Source of the DNA: Octopus bimaculoides
Taxonomy: Eukaryota
NCBI RefSeq assembly: GCF_001194135.2
Contig: NC_068997.1
Coordinates: forward strand, 56,314,883 to 56,378,882
Length of the DNA stretch: 64,000 nt
Direction of reading: 5' to 3'
Part shown: piece after piece, positions 28,690-40,617 of the stretch
Numbering within the stretch: position 1 is the stretch's first letter
Layout: each line of letters begins with the position of its first letter
Notes under the pieces: model-generated
Seen by the model: only the letters and a program-made list of their open reading frames with translations
Told to the model about the DNA's origin: nothing
The model's database searches: none
Program-made: the position numbers and the translations under genes

Positions 28690-29465
28690 ACATAAATGTG
28701 AAACAAGGTGAAAAAAAACATAGGACTCGAATACCAGAGATGTAGTAATATGCTTTATTAATGAAGCTGCAAAAACAACACAAAAACTTTTACTCGGAGT
28801 TTCATGTTCCCATTCATCAGACAGTTTTGGTTGAGAATCATATTTATATACATAAAGTAAAAAGTAAAAGAGTTGAAAGGAAGAGTAAGAACAGTTTGGC
28901 AGTTTTTAATAATCACTACAAATGTTTTGATACATACGGATCAATGTACATACAGGATTTAAATTTAAATTAAATTATGTAACGATTTACCTGTATAAGA
29001 AGATTATGCATTTATATACTATGTTTTTTTAGCACATTGGTTCAGGAGTGGACATGCAGACTTTCTACAGCATGTGCAGTTAATCGTATTCTTATGTTTA
29101 TCTGATGGCTCTGATCGATTCTGTTTTCATGATGTTCTGTTTGATTTCTAGCATCCAAGGCTTTGTTTAATCAGTAATCTGTTTTGTTGTAACTTTTTGG
29201 ATGACATATTTCAACTATATTGTCACCGTCTTTTACACTATCTGAGATTTTGCAGTCTATCAGTTGTCTATTTTGGTTATTGGTGTTAAATTCTGTGTAG
29301 TTTTGATTTGTTTGTTCTCTACCAGCAGACGTTGTTTGTGTGTTCAATTTCTGGTTGTTGTAATTGTCTATGTACTACTCCATGTTATAAGATGTTGCAT
29401 ATGATATTTTCACTGTGTGCTTGTTGAATAAACGGTAAACGAGCTCTCTTTGTAATCTAATATGT
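28690..29465 (-). mobile_element. Penelope-like retroelement 3' remnant (linker, Cys motif, start of GIY-YIG) plus terminal repeat
   Basis: Minus strand reads YRLFNKHTVKISYATSYNME*YIDNYNNQKL ... then NCTCCRKSACPLLNQCA / KNIVYKC (frameshifts); downstream hammerhead core and AATAAA at ~28755-28760. Confidence 0.75.
28783..28828 (-). ncRNA. Minimal type I hammerhead ribozyme (candidate, near-intact)
   Basis: aaaactgt-CTGATGA-atg(ggaa)cat-GAAA-ctccgag-TA-aaagtttt: complete core, stem II 3 bp, stem I 7/8 bp, GUA cleavage triplet. Confidence 0.8.
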
Positions 29466-29514
29466 TCTTAACAAAACACACCTCAACTGTATATATATAT
29501 ATATATATATTTAT

Positions 29515-29665
29515 TTGATGGTCTTCTTTCAGTTTCCATCTACCAAATCCACTCATAAGGCTTTGATTGCCCTGATGCTAGAATAGCAGAAACTTGCCCA
29601 AAGGACCCTTGCAGTGGGATTGAACCTGGAACCATGTGACTGGTAGGTAAAGCTTCTTACCATAT
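29515..29665 (-). mobile_element. SINE family A 5' half
   Basis: ttctttcagtttccatctaccaaatccactcataaggcttt...gtgggattgaacctggaaccatgtg. Confidence 0.8.
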
Positions 29666-30169
29666 GTAATGAATCCATAGTTGCAGGATAAGGAAATTGT
29701 TTGGACAAATTGTAGTTGAAAGAATTGTGGTATTGTCAATTGTTTCAATTCCAGGAATAAACCCTGCCCAGACCTGTCCAAACCCATGATGACCCCCCGA
29801 AGAAGTTTAGGTTTTCGTATCTGCACAATTTACAAAGGTCCAATGCATGTGGCCAGTTAAATGTTTCCATTTAAACATAAAAGGGGTTAAACATAAAAAG
29901 GGTTTCAGATATTTGAATCAGTGAGATATTATTTAAACCCAGCTCAGCTTTGAAATCTCAAACCTACAATCAAAGGCAAGCAAACCACAGTCACACATTC
30001 TTAATTCCATACAAAATATATCAAGGAGTACATTATCCAATGTGTCAATGTTTGTTAAGTTGTAGTGCATAATTTAAAGGAGATTTAGTAGCTCACTTCC
30101 AGCAGTTCTATCAACTTCAGAACACTTTCTTTGATGGTTCAATGTGATTTTATGTTTGACTATGAACAG

Positions 30170-30233
<64 letters not shown>

Positions 30234-33049
30234 ACCACTTTAACAACATAGGAAGTATATCTACACCTCAGAAACTTAACACTTGATAGCTTTGCACTTA
30301 GCTTTAAATATGCATAACAAAAAGACACAGTCCCAGCTCACCACAAGACCAATATCTTTCTCTATTTTGCAGTGTTAAATCTGAATCTTACAGGATGACA
30401 AGTTTCTTGATAGTGACACAATGACTTGATGTGTTATAGGGAAAAAAAAGATGTCAATGACAGGAATCTCATGGGCCATTAATATTAAAAAAAAACAGAA
30501 GAGGATGATAATAATATCAGAAACAATAAAAAAAAAACAACCTATCTCATGTTACATATTTCCCTCATCCCGCCACCTCCAGCTGCTTTGTAGATATATC
30601 AGCAGATACGTTGACCCTTCATCACTATATTCTAAGATATTGAACTGACTGTGAGAAGCCATTATTCATTAATAAGAAAAGTCATTCTGTAGCAAAATGA
30701 AAACTGTTAGGGAACGAATATTTAAATGTAAGTTTGGTAATGGTTAATTAGGTGGTGTTAATTAGCTGTCGTTTTTGAACTGCAGGTGAGAACGGTAAGC
30801 AAAGGTATTTCAGACTTCCTTATCTGCAGATGTGGCTAGAGGGTGGAGTATTCAGCAACTATTTCTAGCAGTCTGAGTGGCATAGAGAAGCTCCTTGATA
30901 GGCTTGTGTTCAGTTTGATTGTAATGGTGTGTGTTCTCTTGAAGGTGCATGATCTAGTGATCGCAAGATCATAGTTTCAATTCCAAGGCCAGGCAGTGCA
31001 AAATACTGCATTTCATGTTTCTCTGCAATCATTTCAACATCATGTATGTAGCACACCTGTACAGGTAATATTGATTTGATGAGGGGAGTGAGCAACATAA
31101 ACATTTGATCACTATAAGCAAATCATCCTTGTGGCTGTTTCGGCGGGAAATTGTGGGACCCTCATCAGTTGTATGATAATGGGAGAGAGGGGGACAAATA
31201 TCTGTCAAATGTAAATAATGAAAATAATGTGCATAATTGCTCATCTCTTAAATATAGAACTGTATAGAAACCATGCGGAAATGAATATGGAATGAGGTGG
31301 AAGAATCAGTAGAGCATTGCTAAATCTTGTGCTATCTGGTTATAGATCCTTGCATGATAAGTTCAAATCCATGCAGTGCCAAGTTTTGCTTTTGGTTTTT
31401 GTTTTAAGGTTTTAAATCAGTTTTTTATGGATCAAATGGATCCCCTTTGATCCCTGTTTTATTCAGATGGACCCCCACAGCTATTCAATGTTTAAAAAAT
31501 TCTATGATATTTTTATTGTTAGATATTATTAGTTATCATATGAAAGAACTTAACAAAATATTTTGTATATTGTTGTAGTATAACTGATTTATTGCACATA
31601 AATTTTAATGGCAAAATCTTTTATGGACCCTAAAGGGCCATAAGGACCCTAGTTGGTTGAGGACAGAAAGCAGCATTAGTAGTGTGGACAGTTAATGAAA
31701 TAAAATATCAGTTAAATACTGCTCCCTTGCACCAAACTTGTGACTTAGTGACTGGTGTAACACTAAAAATATAAACATTTCTATCAAGGTTATGGAAAAA
31801 AAATCAAGAACAACATATGATAATGTTCAAAGGTTTTCTCCCATGAATTTGTGATAGCACTGGTACCCACCGATAGCTTCCAGATTATTATTGCTTCAGT
31901 TTGTTCCCTTCCCTTTTTCTGTCTGGTTGTCCTCAGCATTATTTCTGACAAATACAATCCATACAGTTTAAATGACTATTTAACTGTGAGAGTTCAAGCA
32001 TGTCTGCTGGAGTAATATTCACGAAAGATAAATCAATAACAAAGCCCCGTAACATGTATGGTAGCATGTGATATAAAACTCATGTAGATATTTTACTGCT
32101 CAGACCTCATCTTGGCGCCAGGAGGGTTCAATGAAATGTCTATTAGTATAAATCTTGAAATCTTGAAATTGTTTCAGCTTCAAAGCTGTAGTCATGCTGG
32201 GGCACTACCACTGTATTTTCACTTGGTGTTATTCTAAACAGATTAATCACGTCTGCTCAAATGATACGCTTCGTTTCAAAAATGTATTTATTGTTGCAGA
32301 CACAACATCACTTGCCAGCAACAATTGCTACAATTTATCAGCCAAAATTCAGAATTAGTTCTTCTCACAGATGATATAGAACATATATCATTTGATTCTA
32401 CAAATAGTTTTCCTATCTTAGAACACAATGCTGTGACATGTTAATCAATGCCAAAATTCCAAGTGGAATTGCTGCTGAAGTGATGTTTTTAGTATTCTAC
32501 AGTTAATAATGCTGCTCATAATCTCTCAGGTTGGAACCTAAAACAGGAAGTTTCTAAAAGAAACAAACAAAACTCCTGTACAAACCAAAGTTAATCTCAT
32601 TCTTGTCTGTGTGTTCAATTGTATCTTCTGTGGATGGAATAAATTATATTTTCTATTTTTTTTTCTTATATTTGTGTGTCTTGTTATAGCTTATGATTTT
32701 CTTTATATTTCACATGTTTTATTATTTGTGTTGGTTTTTTTTTTAATACTTTGTATATTTTTTGTTCTGTTTTGTGTGTTTTGTTATTTTTGTAATTTTG
32801 TTATACCACCAACTAGAAATTGTAAGAACTTTGTGACCAAAATGAAAAGAAAGGAAACTAAAAATATGAATTCTCGGCATTTTTTCTTTATGATTCCTTA
32901 ATTTCATATTTAAAGTTCCAATTCCACCTCATATTATAATGAAATGATTATTTCCCTTTAATAGCTGGCATCACTAAAGCAACCAAATGTATTTATTGCA
33001 TTTTGTGTGTTTTGTTATAATTTATGTCTTTTTAACATTTCTTGTGTGT

Positions 33050-33260
33050 ATGGAGGTAAATTGGAAGAATCGTTAGCATGCTGGACAATATGCTTGGTGG
33101 CATTTCACCTGCCTTTATGCTTTGGGTTCAAATTCTGCTGAGGTCAATATTACTTTTCATCCTTCTGGGATCAATAAAATAAGTACCAGTTGTGCATTAG
33201 GGTTGATGTAATCAACTTATCTCCTCTCTGAAAATGCTGGTCTTGTGCTGTAATTTGAAA
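33050..33260 (+). mobile_element. SINE family B
   Basis: gaatcgttagcatgctgg...gggttcaaattctgctgaggtcaa...taagtaccagttg...ttgtgctgtaatttgaaacc. Confidence 0.75.
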
Positions 33261-33589
33261 CCTGTGCATTTTGTGTGACTTTGTTATATTTTGTCAGGTA
33301 TTGTTGGTCACTTCCTCTCTGTCCAGTGATAGAAAGACACACAAAACACTATCACAGATGACTGCTCTACCAATTCCCTTCCACAGTCATGAAGTAGGGA
33401 CCCACATTACCCATCATTGAACCTACCTTTGACCTGGTATATTGTAATTATTATGAATATTTGTTAATTAATCAACAAACCGAGGCGTTTTAATTGGTTG
33501 GACATAAACACCATATTTATTACTTGCAGAGCTTGTTTCTCCTCTGGGAAGCTAAAATGTGCATTTCAGAACTGCACAATTTTATTGTC

Positions 33590-33745
33590 TGTCTTTACAT
33601 CTTGAGTTCAAATTCTGCCAAGGTCGACTTTGCCTTTCATCCTTTCGGGGGTTGATAAATTAAGTTCCTGTTGCATACTGGGGTCGATCTAGTTGACTGG
33701 CCCCCTCCCCCAAAATTTTTGGCCTTGCACCTAGAGCAGAAAAGC
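33590..33745 (+). mobile_element. SINE family B, well preserved 3' two-thirds
   Basis: gagttcaaattctgccaaggtcgactttgcctttcatcctttcgggg...ggccccctcccccaaaatt...ctagagcagaaaag. Confidence 0.85.
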
Positions 33746-33766
33746 ATTGCACAATTTTAGGTTTAG

Positions 33767-33839
33767 TCCCTCACAGTGGCACCTCAAACAAATGTCTTTT
33801 AGGATAAAAGACATTTGTTTGAGGTGCCACTGTGAGGGA
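33767..33839. repeat. Perfect 35-bp inverted repeat with 3-nt spacer (GGA)
   Basis: 33767-33801 is the exact reverse complement of 33805-33839. Confidence 0.95.
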
Positions 33840-34132
33840 TGCGTTTTCAGGGAAATTTATAGAAATGGAGATACATATATAAACAGTCTCAAAGTATTGA
33901 GCTCCAGTGGCCAGAAGATACTTGCCCAACACCTGGTGTGGTAGGATCAAATACAGAACCCTATGGTATTGATGGGAACTCCTTAATCCTAAAACTTGTC
34001 TTACATTGTTAGACACAAATTCCTGAATAACCTTAAAAAACTGCTGTTAAAATACATGTCTAACCAGCAAACAAATAGTGAATGACCACGGTCAATGGAA
34101 TGTTCTAGGTATATTTAAAGCACATTAGTCAG

Positions 34133-34643
34133 TCATCATCATCATCATCATCATCGTTTAACGTCCGCTTTCCATGCTAGCATGGGTTGGACGATTTGAC
34201 TGAGGACTGGTGAAACCGGATGGCAACACCAGGCTCCAGTCTGATTTGGCAGAGTTTCTACAGCTGGATGCCCTTCCTAACGCCAACCACTCAGAGAGTG
34301 TAGTGGGTGCTTTTACGTGTCACCCGCACGAAAACGGCCACGCTCGAAATGGTGTCTTTTATGTGCCACCCGCACAAGCCAGTCCAGGGGCACTGGCAAC
34401 GATCTCGCTCGAAAATCCTACAGGAGCCAGTCAGGCGGTACTGGCAACGGCCACGCTCAAAATGGTGCATCTCATGTGCCACCCGCACAAGAACCAGTCC
34501 AGGGGCACTGGCAACGATCTTACTTGGCTTGCCGGGTCTTCTCACGCACAGCCCATTTCCAAAGGTCTCGGTCCGTAGTCATCGCCTCGGTGAGGCCCAA
34601 TGTACGAAGGAGTCATCGCCTCGGTGAGGCCCAATGTACGAAG
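34133..34643 (-). mobile_element. Young (GAT)n-tailed RTE-associated element, 5'-truncated, with internal repeats
   Basis: GC- and CpG-rich; tail catcatc..gtttaacgtccgctttccatgctagcatggg; repeated tgccacccgcacaag/ccagtccaggggcactggcaacgatct units; 34-bp tandem duplication at 34577-34643. Confidence 0.85.
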
Positions 34644-35627
34644 TCTGCTATTGAATTCTTAACATACACCACCACCACCACCACCATCACAACAACAATA
34701 ACAACAACAACACTGTTTCCTGTTGTGATTCTCTTCATAGAATTTGTATTGAATTTTGTAATGAAACATTCAGTCTGTGCAGTGAAGCCAGGGAGATCAA
34801 ACATGACGAAAGCCACCACACGGAAGGAAAAATCCAAACAGTGTGTTTCCTTGAAACTATTGCCATTCTCAGAGCTGAACATTTAGAATTAACCGATTTG
34901 ATGAAAGTTGATCTGAAGAAACATAAATTTCTAAGATTGACTAATGAAGGCTGAATTAGCCAAAGAATACACCAAAATTTGCTCAAGTTCATTGATAAAG
35001 TGAGACAGGCTTTAACATGCTTGCTGCAGGTGCCACAATAAATACATTAATCTTCTTTACTTGGCTGCTATCATTTATCTCCATCATTGCTTTCTCTAAA
35101 TACCTAATCCCCCCCTCCTCCTCCTCTTCTTCTGTCTTCATCAATAATTGGTAGAGAGACTGAAATGTGTCTGTTTTGCTTATTTTGCTAAGGTTGCTTT
35201 AAAACAATGTTGGAATGCATAGCAATGGGTGTGAATGAGCTGTGCTGCACAAAACCACAGACGTTCTGTGTTCAAATGGTACCATTGAGATCATAATGTT
35301 GTATCATGGAGCCAGCCCGTCGATGTCATTCAACCTGCTAGAACCAGTCCTTGTGGAATCGTAAACGAATTATAATGACTCAGATAAGGACAGAGTTATA
35401 GCTATGTGAATAAATGGGGTGGTTATGGCTGGAGCACCTTTGGTCATTGGTCTGTTGAATCAGAAACAACAACAACAACTCCATGTTTTCCAAGACTAAG
35501 TCAATAAGACATAGAAATTCAATATTATACATTGAGAAAAACCAACGGGAAAAGAACAATTGTTATAAAAAAGATTTGATACAAACAAAGCAAAATTGAT
35601 AGATAACTAGATTGTCATATATTACTG

Positions 35628-35678
35628 TTATGTCAATCTTGATATTATATCAATCTTGACATTATGTCAATATTGACA
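35628..35678. repeat. 17-bp minisatellite x3 (TTATGTCAATCTTGACA-like, quasi-palindromic)
   Basis: Three adjacent units differing at 1-2 positions. Confidence 0.75.
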
Positions 35679-37424
35679 TTGTTAATTGTATCACTTTCAA
35701 TATTGTCATTAATGCTAATATTGGCATTGCATCAACAAAGGTTTAATGCATCCACAAAGCAGCATCTTTTATGAAGGCATTGATGAGACTTTGGGAAACT
35801 CTTGACTAGTCTTTGCTGAAAGCCTGCCGCTAGGTCTCCTCACATGCACACACACACATGCACGCACGCACGCACGTACCTTTGAGATTTTGTTAATTGC
35901 TTTCAGAAAAGTTTTAATTAATATAGGGAATGCATAGCATTTAATTAAATCCACTGGCTGTTTATTCATTAGGAGAAGATAATTCAAGTGATGACATATT
36001 TTGTTCAATTTAAAGAAAATGTCTGGTTGCACTCCCCTTCTCATTCCCCTACCCCACCCAGAAAACTGAAAGAATTGGATCAAGTGTCTTCCCTCGAATG
36101 CTCAATATTGATTTCCAAGTGAGATGTTCAATATAAGGAATACCAAAAAATGTGACTGAATCAACATGGTTGGCTACTGGTAGCAGAGGACATTGCACTG
36201 GACTCAGTGTGCTCAAGACTACAGAAAGAAATGTGTCCTTATTTTCCAAGGTATGATTTTAGGGAGACGTGGCTACTATTTCCAGCAGGTGAAGTGACGA
36301 CTACACAAAGCCTCTTTATTCATATGGGTGATACACAACAGATGAAGAAATATAATAAGTTGCAGGAAAAGGGTTTCTGAAGAGGAGGAAAACCAAGGAA
36401 TTAGTGAAAGCAGAAGGGTTAGGGTTATGTTGAATGTCACAGATGGGATGACACAGAATTATATTACATGAAGAAAGGTTATTTTACAGATCTGTCCAAC
36501 CCACTCTGTATGTTAAATTTAGGAAAATGACAAAAGCTTTAAGTGAACTTTGGTTTTGAGGACCTGTTTTCCAAATCTTACACTAATTAAAACAAAAGAC
36601 ATTTCAAAGTTAAGAAGAACATTGATTTCATATTTTATGTCACAGTGCCTCTGAGAATTTTACCAAACTCGAGAATTCTGATTCCATCTTTAACAAATGT
36701 TTGATTGAAGAAAAATTAATCAGTTTTGAATTAGAACTTTTTTTTAATCCTTTTTTTCTTGTTAGAATTACTTCCATGATTCAGAAATTTCCATTTAAAT
36801 CTAATTTAAATGTAATTACCCTAAATCTAGATGTAAATCCATGAATGAATATTCTTTACTTTCAGTCCTAATCTGTCACACTGTGATATTTCCTCTTTAA
36901 ACCACAGCACTTCAATTTACTGTTTGACGATAAATGAATAGATAGGAAGAATGGACAAGATATATTTAAAAGTTATTCAAGATAGAGAAAACTCATAAAT
37001 AAGCTGATTCTTTTCTTATCAAACAAAAGCAGAAAACATTAATTGAGATAATAACAATAATAATAATAATAACAACAAAAACAATAAGGCAATGAAAAAA
37101 TACCTAGATAACCTTATAAAATTCGAAACAAAAGAGAATGGAGACAGACTTTCCGAAATACATCAAAGAATTGTGAAGTTGCTTAAATAAATAATTTTAA
37201 AATGCAAAAGGAAAACAAGCAGTAAATTGAGGAAAAATAATGGTTTGAGGAATTGTTTATCATGTGAGAACAGACATTAATGTAAGGGAAAGAACAACAA
37301 AAGAATTAATAAGTTTTTGAAGGACAAAATGACTTAATGTAGTGATTGTTTCTGTTGATTAACAAACTACTTTTTTAAGCTAATTCTTATATTTCAGTAT
37401 ATATCAATACATGCATACATGCAT

Positions 37425-37482
<58 letters not shown>

Positions 37483-39374
37483 TATATGTGTGTGTTTGTG
37501 TAAAGAGAGAGAAACAAAATCTTCCAGGAATGTGATGTGTGTAGCTGGTGGTCTCACTATCAGGCTATGCAATAATAATATAAACATGCAATTTGGTGAG
37601 AAATTGTGGCTTTGAATTACTCAATCATTCAATTATATATTGAACTCCATCATGATATCCATACATTCATTTTGGTAGGTGGAGCAAGAGGAAAGTACAG
37701 CCTAAACTACCTTGGAGTATTCAAATTATTTTCCATAATATATTCTTGAAAAGCACTCTTTGTTTAAATTTTAAATAACATTTTACAAATAATGTTGTCA
37801 TTGACTAAATGTGTTCTACTCTGTGTAAGCCAATCACTGATTCGTTTCATTATAATGTAAAGAGTGACAAAGAGACTCTTTTCTTTGCAATTTGGATGGA
37901 ACAAAAACCATGCAAAGCATTTTGCTTGAACATATTGATTTATTGGGTTATAGTTTTCTCTGTTTGTGCCGATGTTTACATCAACTCCACCGTTACAGGT
38001 TCAATCCCATTACATCCCACATAGGGCAAGTGTAGTTTAGTGTAACAGCCAGTTGTTGAAAAATACCTTGCAAAAGAATCTGGTATAATGTGGTTATGTG
38101 ATTAAGGAGTCACTTCTGAAGCACATAATTTTGAGTTCATTCCCACTAGAAGGCACCTTGATTAAATGTCTTCTCTTATTGCCCTGGGCCAATCAAAATA
38201 TTATGAGTGGATTTGGTGGATGGAAAATAAAAGAAACTTATCTTAAACATAAATGAATAACAGTTAAGGTGTCAGTCTATTACGGCCATTTCCTACGACT
38301 CCTTTTGTTTTTGTCAAATGAATTCATGAACTTCAAAATTGCACGTCTGTGTATGTTTGTATGTTTGCATGAGTGAATTCATATATGTCCTCATCCTCTC
38401 TGTGTTCACAGGTTGTAAACCAATGGCCTTTCTGATGCCATCATCTGTCTGTGGTCCACTGGTCATCTGCTATATTGTGCCATCATTGAAGTGCAAAGGC
38501 TCATTCGGACAGTGTCATTTGTTTCCAGTTCTCCCTGTAACCATGTCCAGGCTGCTTATTGATTGACAGACTGGACATCATTACCATGACAGGTTGGTTG
38601 TCAGACAGGTCAATGAAATATAGAAAACTCAGCCTCAATGTACTCATCTGATCCTTGCAAACACAGAAAATAGATGTTAAAACAATGGTAATATGTACAC
38701 AGCTAGCTAGATAGACAGACGGACAGCCAGATAGACTGACAGACAGACAGATAGATAGATAGGCAGACAGACAGACAGAAAGATAGACAGATATATAAAT
38801 AGATATGTGCTTTTGTGTGTGTGTGTGTGTGTGTGTGTATGCTTTTTGTGTATCCCAAAGGGCTGATGGCAGGAAAGACATCCTGGCTGAAAAACACTTA
38901 AAAAAATCAAGAAACCACGTTGCATATGTTTACAGCTGTCAGAGGTCCAAATGACTGACCCCGAATTTAGCAGGTAAATATGACCTGTGTTGTGTATTGT
39001 TGTGTGTCTCTGTGTAAAACATGTAATGTTTCTGTCTTTCCAATTTTCCTCAACCAAAACCACCAAAACCCAAAACTAGAATCTATCTTTGCTTGACGTG
39101 TGGCTGTGATTGTTCATTCATCATCCAATTTACTGTTTAAATATTTGGATTGACAATCTAATTCCTTACCAGATACGCAAATGTCTATCTTGTGTTTATT
39201 GGAACTAGGAATTACCAAGACCAGAAAGCTTTAAGCTGTCAGAAATTATAGCAATTGCAACAGTGTCCATTACCAAATAAGGTGAGATTGTCAGTTTGTT
39301 AGTTGTGCAATGTGGCTTGTCAAAAGATTGAACACTCTCTGTGAAATCTCTCAGGAGCTGAACAGGCAACACGC

Positions 39375-39750
39375 ACACACACACACGCACACTCATGCAT
39401 GCATGCACACACACATGCATGCATGCACACACACACACACACACACAAACATGCCCCCATACACACATGCACTCACATGCAGCCACACACATGTACACAC
39501 ACACACACACTCACACATGTACATACACATTCGTACATACACACACATACACACTCATCCAAAAACATGTATATGCACTCACACAGATACACGCATGCAT
39601 ATATATGTGTACATTCACACACAAACATGCACTCACACACATGTGCATGCACACATGCACTTGTATACCCATACACATGTGTATGCACATATATGCACAC
39701 ACACACACATCATACATGCACTCACGCACACACACACACACACAGAACAT
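39375..39750. repeat. Long degenerate (CA)-rich simple repeat
   Basis: Source of the overlapping His/Thr/Cys/Val ORFs in the track. Confidence 0.9.
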
Positions 39751-40329
39751 AAAGGTACTTGTGTGTCAAACCAGGCAAATCTATCAAGTTCCAAGCTAAA
39801 GACTATTGTCAGCTGCTTTTTATGTCCTGTCAGAACAACTGAGTGATGACTCATTCTGCCAAATTCTTCAGCAGCCAATCACCTAATGAAAATCTCAAAA
39901 GGATTCTAGCCAATGAGGGAAATTTCTTCACACAGTCATCAGCTGCTAGAAACAACAGTGAAATCCCTGTTTAATTGATCCCTATTGTTATTCCCAATGT
40001 ATTCCAGTTCAAGGAGAGACACCATTTGGAGGGGTTTCTTCTCAGATCTTGGTCCCACCATCTTTGTATTCTTGCCAACAATACCCAACCCACCTTTATA
40101 TTCTGCAGAGTGGCAATGTGTTGTCTCAAAAGCTAAACACCTGTTCTTGTCTTTCTGGCAAAAAGCCACCTCTTTCCCTCTGCTACAACCCCACTCTGTC
40201 AAAGGGTTTTCCCGTTGTTTTGTGAGGCACTTGGGACCTCACTAGGGCTGGTTTCATGAAAAATACACCCCTGACACTTCATAAACTGGCTGGTATTAGG
40301 GAAGACATGGATCTATAGAAACTATGCCA

Positions 40330-40420
40330 AAGCAGACATTGGAGTTTGAGACCGAATGTTCTTAAGCTGTCCAACCCATGCCAGCATGAAAGATGGATAT
40401 TAAATGATGATGATGATGAT
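40330..40420 (+). mobile_element. RTE-associated 3' end with (GAT)n tail
   Basis: ctgtccaacccatgccagcatgaaagatggatattaaatgatgatgatg. Confidence 0.75.
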
Positions 40421-40560
40421 GATATATAGCAGGTCCCTGTGTGTCACAAAAGGTAACTAGTAGAATATTCCTCAGCCTCTTTATTAGGATATTCTTCTAT
40501 CTCTAAATTTTCACTTCTTCCAATCATTAGACTGTAACCAAGCTGGAGCACCACCTTGAC

Positions 40561-40617
40561 TTATCATTTCTGATGAAGGGATATCCCTAATATCCCAGAA
40601 ACAGCTGTAAGACTAAC
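40561..40617 (+). ncRNA. Minimal hammerhead ribozyme candidate with palindromic stem III
   Basis: CTGATGA (40570-76), stem II GGGATAT/ATATCCC, GAAA (40598-601), ACAGCTGT palindrome, GUA site; stem I only ~3 bp. Confidence 0.6.

Noticed and set aside
34199-34220. CTGAGGA-ctggt-GAAA-ccgg
   Set aside because: Stem II is impossible at 5 nt, and homologous copies in the window lack the motif.
34300-34650. Repeat-spacer-like modules
   Set aside because: Not CRISPR: eukaryotic context, irregular spacing, and located inside a retroposon.
36418-36432. GGGTTAGGGTTA telomere-like motif
   Set aside because: Only two units; chance level.
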